Positions 51,378 to 64,000 of a stretch of 64,000 nt of DNA are shown here, piece by piece. Under the pieces are notes generated by a model. That model saw nothing but the letters and a program-made list of their open reading frames with translations, was not told the origin of the DNA and ran no database searches. Location of the stretch: positions 62,062,001-62,126,000 of the forward strand of contig OZ024746.1 of NCBI GenBank assembly GCA_964016885.1. The letters are read 5' to 3'. Every line of letters starts with the position of its first letter. Within the stretch, counting starts at the first letter, position 1. Both the position numbers and the translations under genes were made by a program. The DNA is from Eledone cirrhosa (taxonomy: Eukaryota).

Positions 51378-51655
51378 CTGGTACTCCGTCGTTTACGACG
51401 ATGAGTGTTCCAGCTGATATATTCAACGGAACTGCGTGCAAGTGGCTGAGCATTCCAGACAACGTAATTCTCAGGGAGATTCGGCATGACACAGAATGTG
51501 ACGAGGCTGGCTCTTCGAATTACAGATACAACATATTTTTGCCAGCTGAGTGGAACAAAGTGAAATGAAATGTCTTGCTCAAGGACACGATGCGCCACCG
51601 GGAATCGATCTCATGACCTTACGATTGTGAGCCGAATACTCTAACCACTAAGCCT
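51378..51655 (-). mobile_element. tRNA-derived SINE (family I-like head, distinct body)
   Basis: Reverse complement GGCTTAGTGGTTAGAG..GATCGATTCCC..GTGTCCTTGAGCAAGACA, then CCAGCCTCGTCACATTCTG. Confidence 0.75.
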
Positions 51656-51860
51656 TATATATACGTACATGAATACATACACTCATACATACATTCATGT
51701 GTATATGCATACATAGACTCATGCATACATGCATGTATATATACATACGTACATACATACACACATACATACATACATACATACATACACACACACATAC
51801 ATACATACATACATACATACATACATACATACATACATACATACATACATACATACATAC

Positions 51861-52390
51861 ATGATGGTTGCAAACTTTGCTAAGAGTACTGCAATCGCTT
51901 GTCAAATTATTGAGTGTTGTGCACTTTTAGGCTACGGCCAGTCACACTAACCTGTAACATACCCTGAACTAGCAATGCCTGTGCTTTGAAGGTTTGTTTA
52001 AGTGGGGAAAGGCCTTGCACTCGACCAATCCCACTCTCTGAGCATCGGAAACACTACCCGAAAAGGAGAACTGGTCAACATCATTGGATTCTCCTGAAGC
52101 TGCAGGGTTTTTTTCAGAGTTTCCCTCTCTTAGAAAGGTGTTGTGACAACAACTGGGGGCCTTTCACTCCCAGGTGAAAAAACAAAAAGTACTATTTGGA
52201 TGACCGTTGACTCTGCTGAGTTTCTCCGCCCTTTGCCGGGTCTTGTATTTCATCTCGCAGGGTGTCCAAATATCACCCTCCTCACCAAGCAAGCTTGGTG
52301 GGGTTGCCGGTTTAGTCGCCGACGACCCGACCATGAGACAGGTTGTACAGGGCTACATGTTACCCGTAGCACTCGAGAGCGACCTGACAT
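51861..52390 (-). mobile_element. Divergent subfamily of family G
   Basis: Colinear motifs ATGATGGTTGC, GCAATGCCTGTG, CAGAGTTT, TAGTCGCCGACGACCCGACCATG, GACCTGACAT. Confidence 0.75.
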
Positions 52391-52504
52391 ACATGCATAC
52401 ATATATACATACATACATACATACATACATTCATACATGTATACCTGAATACATAGATTCAAGCATACATACATATATACATACATACATACACATATAC
52501 ATGT

Positions 52505-52773
52505 GGAGGCACCTGGCCTAGTGGTAAGGTTGTAGGACTTCATAATGTTGTGGGTTCAATTCCTGGGTTGTGTGTTGTGTTCTTGAGCAAGACACTTCAT
52601 TTCACGTTGCTCCAGTATACTCAGCTGAAAATGAGTACCAGCAATAGCTGGAGGTTTAACCCTGCGATGGGGTGGCGTCCTGTCCAGTGGGGAGTCTTGA
52701 ACTCTCAGTCGCTTCAGGCCATGAAACCGGGATAAGTACTGACCAAATGAGCCTTCTGGCTTAAGACAGACTT
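52505..52773 (+). mobile_element. SINE family I
   Basis: Near-identical to 49839-50112. Confidence 0.85.
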
Positions 52774-53134
52774 TTGGACATACATACATGCATGCATACA
52801 TAAATACATATATACATACATGCATGCATTCATACATACATGCATGCATACATAAATACATATATACATACATGCATGCATTCATACATACATGCATGCA
52901 TACATAAATACATATATACATACATGCATGCATTCATACATACATGCATGCATACATAAATACATATATACATACATGCATGCATTCATACATACATGCA
53001 TGCATACATAAATACATGCATACATACACGGACAGGGACATACACACACACACACACGTCTACACGTATATGTACGCTAGTTGATATGGTACCAATGTAC
53101 AAACACATTCATATTCAAACTCTTGGAAATAATG

Positions 53135-53221
53135 TACACACACACACAACCACGCACATACGCACACACACACACACAACCACACACACACACACACACA
53201 CAACCACACAACCACACACAT

Positions 53222-53253
<32 letters not shown>

Positions 53254-54074
53254 CCACACACATACGCACACATACACACACACACAACCACACACACACA
53301 CACACACAACCACACAACCACACACATACGCACACACACACACACAACCACGCACATACGCACACATACACACACACACACACACAACCACACACACACA
53401 TACACACACAACCACACAACCACACACATACGCACACACACACACACACACAACCACACACATACGCACACACCCACACACACAACCACACACACACACA
53501 ACCACACACATACGCACACACACACAACCACGCACATACGCACACGCACACACAACCACACAACCACACAACCACACACATACGCACACACACACACAAC
53601 CACGCACATACGCACACACACACACAACCACACACACACACACACACAACCACACCACCACACACATACGCACGCACACACACACAACCACACACACGCG
53701 CAACTACACACATACGCACACACACACACACAACCACACAACCACACCCATACGCACACACACACACACAACCACACACATACGCACACACACACACAAC
53801 CACACACACACACACACACACACAACCACACACATACGCACACACACAACCACATAACCACACACACAACCACACAACCACACACACAAACATACAAACA
53901 TCGTCCTATGTTCATAAATAAGTAACTAGAGTGACACAGCGAAAGAATGTCAGAAAATGTGGGAAAGTTTCCTTTCTTTAGAATTACAGTAGAAGGTCTA
54001 AATAGCGAGGCACGGCCAGAGAGACAGACAGGATTAAGGAAAGGTGATTTTATTTAATTTCTTTACATACCTAT

Positions 54075-54144
<70 letters not shown>

Positions 54145-54349
54145 TTCTCTCTCTCTCTCTTTCTCTATCTCTCTCTCTCTCTTTCCCTCTTTCTCTATCT
54201 TTCTCTCTTTTCCCTCTTTCTCTATCTCTCTCTCTTTCTTTCTCTCTTTCTCTTTCTCTCTCTATCTCTCTATCTCTCTCTCTATCTCTCTCTTTCTCCC
54301 TCTTTCTCTATCTCTCTATCTTTTTGACTCTTTCTCTATCTCTCTCTCT

Positions 54350-54386
<37 letters not shown>

Positions 54387-54700
54387 TCTTTCTCTATCTT
54401 TCTCTCTTTTCCCTCTTTCTCTATCTCTCTCTCTTTCTTTCTCTCTCTCTTTCTCCTTCTCTCTATCTCTCTCTCTCTATCTCATCTCTCTCTTTCTCTC
54501 TCTCTATCTGTCTATCTATCTCTCTATATATCTCTTTCTCTCTTTTTTCCTCTTTCTCTATCTCTCTCTCTTTTCCCCCTCTTTCTCTATCTATCTCTCT
54601 TTTTCCCTCTTTCTCTATCTCTCTCTCTCTTTCTCTCATTCTCCTTCCATCTCTCTCTCTATCTCATATCTCTCTTTCTCTCTCTCTCTCTTTCACTCTC
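53135..54700. repeat. Degenerate CA-rich, then CT-rich low-complexity tracts
   Basis: (CACACAAC/CATACG) variants at 53135-53895 and (CT)n variants at 54070-54700. Confidence 0.95.
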
Positions 54701-54947
54701 TTAATAGATATGCATACACCCCCACACACACGTACGCACATATACATGTATTTATGTATATGTGTATGTACATATATATATATGTGTGTCTGTGTGTGAG
54801 TGTGTGTTTATATATATATAATATACATATATGTGTGTGTGAGGCATCAACCTCAAGGGATTTTGTCAATTATTATATGAAATTCATTACTTAGCCTGGT
54901 ACTTATTGTATTGACCTCCTCAATGTGTATATATATATATATACACA

Positions 54948-54983
<36 letters not shown>

Positions 54984-55023
54984 TATATAGAGAGAGAGAG
55001 TGACATAAATATACACACACACA

Positions 55024-55057
<34 letters not shown>

Positions 55058-55120
55058 CATAAATATACATAAATATACATATACATATATATATATATAT
55101 ATACATAAATATACATATAC

Positions 55121-55151
<31 letters not shown>

Positions 55152-55190
55152 CATAAATATACATATACATATATATATACATATATATAC

Positions 55191-55269
<79 letters not shown>

Positions 55270-55430
55270 GATATATACGTACAAATATATATACATACAT
55301 ATATATACATACCTATATATATATAGGTATGTATATAGGTATATATATATACATAGATATATACGTACAAATATATATACATACATATATATACATACCT
55401 ATATATATATACATACATATACATACATAC

Positions 55431-55493
<63 letters not shown>

Positions 55494-55572
55494 GTATACT
55501 CACACACCTCTTTATCTATCTAACCAGTTACCCTAAATTCCCTTTCTGTTACTTTCCCATTTTCTTTCTATT

Positions 55573-56760
55573 TTGGCAGTATCGGTAGAGGGTCAGACAT
55601 CATGCTTTGACGCATAGAGTTACGGCCCTTTCCATTCTGAGTTCAAATCCTGCCGAGGTCAACTTTGCGTTTCATCCTTACGGGGTCGATAAAATGAAGT
55701 ACCAGTAATGTACTGGTAATTGCTGGCCTTGTGCCAAAAATAGAAACAGTTATATACTTAACCTATTCAACAGTCATATCACTACATTAACATGAAATTC
55801 CTTACAGCACACATTAGACTAAACATTGCAAGAGTTATTGTTTTCGTTTAAGAGGGAAATATCTGCCCCCATAGCCTATAGAGATGTTCATAGCTTAAAA
55901 TGATAGAGTGAGGCGATTAAATGGATCATATTATTACTTTCTTGGGTGGATTGGCAGTATCGGTAGAGGGTCGGATGCCATGCTTTGATGCATAGAGTTA
56001 CGGCCCTTTCCATTCTGAGTTCAAATCCCGCCGAGGTCAACTTTGCCTTTCATCCTTCCGAGGTCGATAAAATAAAGTACCAGTAATGTACTGAGTAATT
56101 GCTGGCCTTGTGCCAAAAGTAGAAGCTGTTATATATACATATATATATGTATATATATACATATATATATGGTAACTTCCTATATATATAACTTTCCAGC
56201 ATAGTTACGTCCCTTTACGATCTGAGTTCAAATCCCGCCGAGGTCAACTTTGCCAGTCATCCTTACGGGGTCGATGAAATAAAGTACCAGTAATACACTG
56301 GGATAATTGCTGGCCTTGTACCAAAAGTAGAAACAATTATTATTTTTTTCAGGGTGTTGGATTGGCAGTATCGGTAAAGCATCAGACACCATGCTTTGCA
56401 GCATAGAATTGTGGCCCTTTACGTTCTGAGTTCAAATCCCGCCGAGGTTTACTTTGCCTTTCATCCTTACGGGGTCGATAATATAAAGTATTGCTGGCCT
56501 TGTACCAAAAGTAGAAACAATTATTACTTTCTTCTTCTTTATTGATTTTTCTTTCTTTTTTTTTTCTGTTTGGCAGTATCGGTAGAGCGTCGAACACATG
56601 CGTCGTAGCATAAAGTTACGGCCCTTTACGTTCTGGGTTCAAATCCCGCCGAGGTTAGCTTTGCATTTCATCCATACGGGGTCGATAAAATAAAGTACCA
56701 GTAATGCGCAAGGGTCGATTTCCCTTCAAATTGCTGGTCTTGTGCCTAAAACTAGAAACA
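55573..56760 (+). mobile_element. Cluster of five same-orientation SINE family H copies
   Basis: Copies at ~55573, 55945, 56197, 56355 and 56569. Confidence 0.88.
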
Positions 56761-57818
56761 ATTATTACTTTTTACCGTCCTCCTTGTCCACATTGGGATG
56801 ATCTTCATTTTTGGTGCCTGCGGTGTTTAGCAGATGGGAGTTTAAACGTTTTGCTGGATAGGAATGAAATACAACTTTGCCAGCCAATGAAACACTAGTG
56901 GAGATTTATTCATGCCTGGGAAGTTTTCTCACCAGTCTTATGTTAAGTCTTTTGTGCTTTTTAACGACTGGTCGATTCATCAGGGAGAGAAAAAAGAAGA
57001 TTTATAAATGTTTCAAAGTTAAATATTAAGGAGGGATTGGCTAAACTTACATCATCATTAGATACCGCCGTCTGAATGATGAGAAGGGAGTAAATAGCTT
57101 GGTATGATATATTAGTTAATAATAATAAACGAGAAGGAAATGGAGTCCATTGACTGGACTCCATTTCCATCTCGTTTGGTGTGTCGAATGAATGAACACT
57201 AAAGAGTGAGTTTTACAAATGAAAGTCGGTGTATCTTATTTTCTATATATAAATCATTATGGATGATAGGAGAGAGAGAAACATGAAAGTGAAGAATCTA
57301 GTCATAAGTAACCACTCCTCAAACACAACATCAGCAAATGTATTAGGTGTGTCTTTAATGTAATTTGCAAATTCAGGTACTTACATGAAAGTTGTAAACA
57401 CCATGAACATTTCTATAAGGGTGGGACGTCCACAATCTCTCAAGAAGATTCGTTATGCACCTATATGAAGACGACTTACAATGTTGTTCTACAGTCATAT
57501 GTATAGAAAGAAAGCTTTTTATAGGAAATAGAAAAAGTATCGAGAAAATAGCAAATAAATAATCCTTTCATATCAAAATATTTCAATAGCATTACAATCT
57601 TTCGAATTGCGAGTTAACTAAAACGTATTTCTATTCGCAATTTTTTATACTGAAGCACATAAATTATGAAATATGTATAACCACATACAGCAATACACTA
57701 CATGGGTTAATAAAGGGGTCCCTACTTAGTCATTGGTATTGTTAGAAATAGTTTTCCTCAAACTGTACCCTACCAGTTTTAAATATGGAAGGACATATTG
57801 GTTAATGTGGTCCTAGAT

Positions 57819-58102
57819 CAATCATGGGTAACATGCGGTCCACGAAGCTTTCTGAATGTTCACTTAAGTCACCTAAGTGAAATCTTTCTGATTGTTTTAC
57901 CCCAACTTTTCAGTCGTAATTTCTATCATTTTTACGATCGGGGAAAACAACATGTACGAATTCTGAAGAAACAAATCAAAACAACCTGAGTTACCGCCCT
58001 TCTTTTTAATGTAGACACGAATGTAAATTAGCGCTTGCGGCCCGCCTGATGATGAACCATATCTCATGCGGCCTGCTTCTCGAAAAAAGTTGCCCATGCC
58101 TG
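57819..58102. mobile_element. hAT (Charlie-like) MITE
   Basis: Degenerate TIRs CAATCATGGGTAAC / GTTGCCCATGCCTG, internal TGCGGCCC motifs, and imperfect 8-bp TSD TCCTAGAT / TCCTAAAC. Confidence 0.7.
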
Positions 58103-58504
58103 TCCTAAACGAACGTAAAAAAAATCTATTTATCGTAGGTTTGCTAGCTAAACAACAACAACAGCAACAACAACAAAATCAACAATAATAACAACAGCAA
58201 CAACACTATGTATGCAGCTATGAATGAATTTCTTTAAAAATCTAATATTTCTTACTACGTCAAGGAACATATATACAATGTAACTAACAAGATCTTCATT
58301 AGTGCTGCCCTCTTGCCCTAGGCCCAAAGCCCAATCACCCTCCCCCTTCACACCTCCCTTCTCTTCTGCGACACCAGAGCTCTTGCCATCCCATCCCCTT
58401 CCCGTTCTTTTTCTTCTTTCTTTCTCTTTTCTCTATATTTCCCTAATCTTTCTTTCCTTTTGTTCCCCCCCCCCTCCTTTTTTTTACTATTGCCGCCATT
58501 ATAG

Positions 58505-58947
58505 TTGTCTGGCCAATCACTCATCAACTTCTTCAAGTTTCACCTGGAAAGGAAGGTGAGAGTGGAGAGAGAGGTACTGCCCCCCAGTACAGTTGCTAAA
58601 AGGTGGATGAATGTGGCGAGAATGGTCCGTGGGTCTACTCTGACCATGCGCTATAGGCTAGCTAATTTGAGGAGGAGAGTGGTGCACTTCTCGGGTGCCC
58701 TAGAAGCGCAGGGTGGTTCAGGATTGGTGGGGTACCTAAGTCGGCCCTGTGTAGCTCACCCCCCCTCCCCTTATTAGGGAATTTATTTTGTTATTTTTTA
58801 TACATAAGTTTATTTTATATTTTTTCATTGTTAAATTGGTCTTGCCATTGTGCACTTTTACTCGAGCTTATTGTAAACCCCCACTGTCCCTGTCTTTGTA
58901 TTGTCCCCTACATGTCGGCCCTTGTGGCCAATAAATGAAATCATTAT
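58505..58947 (+). mobile_element. L1/Tx1-like LINE 3' end (ORF2 terminus plus 3' UTR)
   Basis: GQSLINFFKFHLERKVRVEREVLP..WMNVARMVR, ending GGCCCTTGTGGCCAATAAATGAAATCATTATT. Confidence 0.7.
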
Positions 58948-59341
58948 TTGGCAGTATCGGTAGAGGATCGGACGCCATGCTTTGACGCATAGAGTTACGG
59001 CCCTTGCCATTCTGAGTTCAAATCCCGCCAAGGCTAACTTTGCCTTTCATCCTTACAGGGTCGATAACATAAAGTACCAGTAATGCACTGGATAATTGCT
59101 GGCCTTGTGCCAATAGTAGAAACAATTATTATTATTATTATTGTTACTGTAAATGAGGTCGGTGGATTGGCAGTATCCGTAGAGGGTCGGACGCCATGCT
59201 TTCCAGCATAGTTACGTCCCTTTACGATCTGAGTTCAAATCTCGCCGAGGTTGACTTTGCCTTTCATCCTTACGGGGTCGATAAAATAAAGTACCAGTAA
59301 TGCACTGGGTAATTGCTGGCCTTGTGCCTAAAGTAGAAACA
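58948..59341 (+). mobile_element. Two head-to-tail SINE family H copies
   Basis: Separated by (ATT)n. Confidence 0.88.
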
Positions 59342-59865
59342 ATTATTGTTAATATCATGTTTATACAATTTTTATCATAAATAAATTAATTACTATATAT
59401 ATATTACCGTATCTTCAATGTACATTCACCCGTAACTAATATACTAACACAAACCAATTAACTCTCCTTAATCTAATGTTGGTATCATATGTCAGCGAAA
59501 GTATAATTCATTCTACCTTAACAGCTTACCAATGTAAACATGTATTTCTTCCTCCTCCTTCCTCCACTAACACGACATGTTAGAAAGTGCGAGTGACTTA
59601 ATATCATATTGTTGAATCGGCTTTATAGTCATGTATTTAACTAGATATGATCTCTCTCTCTCTCCCTCTCTCTCCCTCTCTCACCCTCTCTCTCCCTCTC
59701 TCTCCCTCTCTATATATATGTATATATATATAATAGAAATAGTATTTCGCTTCAAGCATAGCTTTATTATACAAATATGTATAGAAATTTCGTATTTCTA
59801 AAGAAACATGGTTTTAAGAAGCCGGAGCTAACGCCCTCTGGTGTCCAGCAGAAGCAAGGGGAACA

Positions 59866-59909
59866 ACCGTCTAAGCATTTCAGGCTTGACTGGCCTTCGT
59901 CAGGATGGT
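59866..59909 (-). ncRNA. Minimal type I hammerhead ribozyme (family E copy, 59745-59935)
   Basis: ACCATC-CTGACGA-AGGC cagtcaa GCCT-GAAA-TGCT-TA-GACGGT. Confidence 0.7.
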
Positions 59910-59939
59910 CCCTCCCATCGCTTGCTACTGTTGGACATC

Positions 59940-59979
<40 letters not shown>

Positions 59980-59981
<2 letters not shown>

Positions 59982-60134
59982 ACACAGAAGGTGTGGTAAG
60001 ATACCAGGTGGACTATAACGCACCAGAGTACTCGATACGTAGGGTAGTAGAGTGGGTAATAGGAAAAGAGTCAGGACCCCGACGGCTGAGCTCCGGCCGT
60101 TTCGACTGCCGTCGGGGTCCTGACTCTTTTCCTA
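59980..60134 (-). mobile_element. Family A variant with a short fold-back
   Basis: ATAGGAAAAGAGTCAGGACCCCGACGGC ... GCCGTCGGGGTCCTGACTCTTTTCCTAT. Confidence 0.7.
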
Positions 60135-60142
60135 TATATATA

Positions 60143-60423
60143 TGGTCTTTATTCTCTCGTTCACGATTCCACCGAATTTATATTCATAGACTTGTTTCTT
60201 TCTTCTTCATCACTTTCTGTTGCTTAAACCATTTTGTTTGTTACCCTAGCGTCCCCTTTATTTACGTGTCCCAATGACTTTTTTTAGCCGTTGCTCGCAC
60301 CAACCTGAGGTATATGGCCTTTAATGCGACGAAATACTTACGACGGTTGGAAGGCCACTGATGAAGGACAAACTTTTTCATATGTAACCCATTTGCAACG
60401 CCGCAGCTCCATTATTATCATAT

Positions 60424-60428
<5 letters not shown>
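60143..60428 (+). mobile_element. Family D copy
   Basis: Reverse complement of 6251-6500 and 6900-7110. Confidence 0.75.
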
Positions 60429-60496
<68 letters not shown>

Positions 60497-60512
60497 GACA
60501 CTCATACACACA

Positions 60513-60596
<84 letters not shown>

Positions 60597-60598
60597 GT

Positions 60599-61018
60599 GG
60601 AGGCACATGGCCTAGTGGTAGGCGCGTTGGACTTACGATCATAATGTCGTGGGTTCTTGAGCTGAAAATGAGTACCGGCAATAGCTGGAGGTTTAACCCT
60701 GCGATGGACTGGCGTCCTGTCCAGGGGGGAGTCTTGTACTCTCATGTCGCTTCACACCAAGAAACTGGGATAAGCACCGGCCAAATGAGCCTTCTGGCTT
60801 AAGACAGACTTTAGACATATATATACATATATATATATATGTGGATTGGCAGTATCGGTAGAGGGTCGGACGCTATGCTTTGACGTATAGAGTTACGGCC
60901 CTTGCCATTCTGAGTTCAAATCCCGCCGAGGTTAACTTTGCCTTTCATCATTACGGGGTCGATAAAATAAAGTACCAGTAATGCTCTGGGTATTTTCTGG
61001 CCTTGTGCCAAACGTAGA

Positions 61019-61021
<3 letters not shown>
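60599..61021 (+). mobile_element. SINE family I (internally deleted) followed by SINE family H
   Basis: 60599-60812 matches 49839-50112 with a deletion, and 60841-61021 is a full H copy. Confidence 0.85.
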
Positions 61022-61067
<46 letters not shown>

Positions 61068-61855
61068 AATAATAATAAATTTGAAGACTAAAATCCAAAG
61101 AGGGCTCGATAAGGATAAATATATATATCAGATATATAAGAACCGTAGAGCAAATATTTATTTAAAATTTTTTTTAGTTTCAGAAGATCCCGTTAAGGGT
61201 GAAAGCAGCGATTCTTTGCTTAAACTTTAATCTGTTATTTTAATAAATTAATAAATATATATATACGATGAAATACCAATGGTGGTTGGCAAATCACTGA
61301 TGAGGGACTAATTTTATAATATGTAATCCATGTGCAACCATGCAGTATTCTTCTCCCCATGTTTTTCATATACATATATATATATATATGGGGGCTGGGG
61401 AGGTTGATCTCGCATTATTTTGCTTGTTCCAGCTCACCTACTATATGACTATGCTGGGACACCAACATTTATTGTTGCTACACTTTCCATAGCTTCCTTT
61501 GTTGTGTGAATATTTATGATGTGTATAATATATATGATGTGTTCATTAGGATCTTCACACTATTTTCTAAGCTATTTTATAGCATCTCGGCCCATGAGCA
61601 TATTTACTGTATATATATATGTGTGTGCGTGTGTGTGTGTGTGTGTGCATATATATATATATGCATATTTATATATATATATATATAGGTGTGTAGTGTA
61701 TTATATGTATAATTTTTATATATGTATGTGGGAATGTATGTATGTGTGTATGTGCGTATATGTGCGTATACATACGTCTTCATTGGTGTGGTGGTAAGAA
61801 AAAAGGAAAGAAAGATATATATATATATATATATTTTTATTCCCGTTCAATTTTT

Positions 61856-61903
<48 letters not shown>

Positions 61904-61904
61904 C

Positions 61905-62050
61905 TAAGGCGGGTAAAATTCCCGAGATCCATGTACGAGTTCTCTCCAGCGGTCTCTGTCCCTCATTATCGCTGCCATGTCCTGCATCTCCAACAGACCA
62001 GTGTCTGTCCTTAGGGCATCAACATACGTTAACCTTGGTCTTCCTCTTCT
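61905..62050 (-). pseudogene. RTE-clade LINE extreme C-terminus
   Basis: RRGRPRLTYVDALRTDTGL...MRDRDRWRELV. Confidence 0.8.
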
Positions 62051-62073
62051 ATATATATATTTGAAAAGAAAAG

Positions 62074-62109
<36 letters not shown>

Positions 62110-62112
<3 letters not shown>

Positions 62113-62345
62113 GGAAAAATTTGAACAGGAACAAAACAGAGAGGCAGTACAACGAATGTTTATTAATTTCACGCTCTGGAGAGTGGGGTGTTGGTGGGGA
62201 ACGACGTTTCGGACGTAAGCCCTTCCTCAGGTGAGAAGTGTGTGGGAACAGAGTTCAAAGGGTGTGTAGGGGAGTGGTGGAGAGACATATAGCGAAAGGA
62301 AACTGTGCGAATGAAATTAAAAATAAAAATAAAAATAAAAATAAA
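62110..62345 (-). mobile_element. Family M copy
   Basis: Reverse complement CTGAGGA-AGGGC ttac GTCC-GAAACGTCGTT. Confidence 0.65.
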
Positions 62346-62361
62346 GATAAAAATAAAGATA

Positions 62362-62409
<48 letters not shown>

Positions 62410-63594
62410 AGATTATTAGAGTAATTTTTCTTTCCATCGTCCCAACGTTCATTCCTTTCTGATGATGATCTCCACAATACTTCTGACAACTGGACATTGT
62501 TTTATTACTTCAATAATTTACAGTGACGTTTTACACTCAGCGTTTTAATTCTTTCTTAAGGTGTTATCGTTTGATCCTACCCCCATCATCCGGACATTCT
62601 CAGCTGACATTTTCATCCACTACTATTTACCTACACATATCTCTCAAGACTTCCTTCCTGCTGAGGGATTGGTAGAATCGGTAGAGCGACAGACAAATTG
62701 GATTATGTTTAGTTGCTTCCCTTTTTGCACTCAGTTCAAATGTCGGTCGAGGTCACCTTTGCCTTTTATTCTTCTTAAAGGGCAACAAAATGAAGTACCA
62801 ATGACTATATTGGAAATTTTAAAAAAAGCATATACGTACATATACATGCACATACATATACATACATATACATATGCATACACATATATACTCATACATA
62901 TACATACAAATACACGTACATACACATACGTATGCATACATACACACATACATATACACATACATACACATATATATACATGCACATACAAATACATACA
63001 TATACAATCATATAGATACACATACATATACATACATATACATACACATACATATACACACACATACATACATATACATACAAATACACATACATACACT
63101 TACATATACATGCGCATACATATACACATACATATACATTCATACACATACATATACACATACACATACATATACATATACATACAAACACACATACATG
63201 CACATACATATACATGCACATACACATAGACATACACATACATACAAATACACACACACATACATATATACACATACATATACATATACACATACATATA
63301 CACATGCACACAATACGTTTGTAAAAGGCGGAACTCCCGTTTCAAAATGAATGCTCATCGCTTAATTAATTTTATAGATCGTAAAAAGTTCTTTTTAATT
63401 ATCTTAGGGAATTCATTTCACATTGGCGTCTAATTATTTATAGGGATATAAAATATAAAATCAATATAGCTGGGAGCCGCAATCAACAAAGTGAGGTGTT
63501 GTGATCGAGTTATATCTCTGATGAGACTTTCCATTCCTCCAGCGTCCATCATATTTCTTTATGGCTACCGTCTCCGACAGATAAGGGCGGATAA

Positions 63595-63987
63595 TTGTTT
63601 CTACTTTGGCGCCAAGGACAGCAATTATCCCCAGTGCATTACTGGTACTTTATTTTATCGACCCCCGTAAAGGATGAAAGGTAAAGTTAACCTCGACAGG
63701 ATTTGAACTCAGACCGTAAAGGGACATAACTGTGTGGGAAAGCATGGCGTCCGACCTTTTACTAATACTGCCAATTCACCGCCCCACTGCAGATCATTGT
63801 TTCTGCTTTTGGCACAAGGCCAGCAGTTATCCCAGTACATTACTGGTACTTTATTTTATCGACCACCGTAAAGGATGAAAGGCAAAGTTAACCTCGGCGG
63901 GATTTGAACTCAGAATGGCAAGGGCCGTAACTCCATGCGTCAAAGCATGGCGTCCGACCCTCTACCGATACTGCCAATCCACCGCCC
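63595..63987 (-). mobile_element. Two head-to-tail SINE family H copies
   Basis: Full reverse-complement copies at 63595-63785 and 63798-63987. Confidence 0.88.
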
Positions 63988-64000
63988 GTGTGCAGATAAT

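Noticed and set aside
55573-56760. CRISPR-like repeat-spacer array
   Set aside because: The repeats are ~180-bp diverged SINEs with irregular spacing in a eukaryotic context, with no cas genes.
56790-57200. Possible very old LINE RT fragment on the minus strand (LAGKVVF..AKRLNSHL)
   Set aside because: Similarity is too weak and fragmented to support by eye.

Overview
This is a repeat-saturated, AT-rich, apparently non-coding eukaryotic window with one 200-N assembly gap. The SINE families and extreme (TA)n/(CA)n/(TACA)n density suggest a cephalopod (Octopus-like) genome, which is an inference. No host protein-coding gene is recognisable, and almost all ORF-track entries are microsatellite translations. 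The only protein-like remnants are a Penelope-like element (RT C-terminal linker plus GIY-YIG endonuclease, with an inverted terminal copy) and fragments of L1/Tx1-like and RTE LINEs. The window also holds more than 30 tRNA-derived SINE copies, a 5'-truncated ~610-bp retroposon family, several MITEs and a 4.7-kb GGT-based satellite. The most notable signal is at least six unrelated short non-coding repeat families sitting inside (TA)n tracts. They are arranged as fold-back palindromes or partial tandems and carry type I hammerhead ribozyme motifs (stem I-CUGANGA-stem II-GAAA-stem III-UH). Several motifs look intact, and stem III is often a short palindrome. These look like non-autonomous Penelope-pLTR or retrozyme-like elements. 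All structures were folded by eye, nothing was database-verified, and repeat boundaries are approximate.
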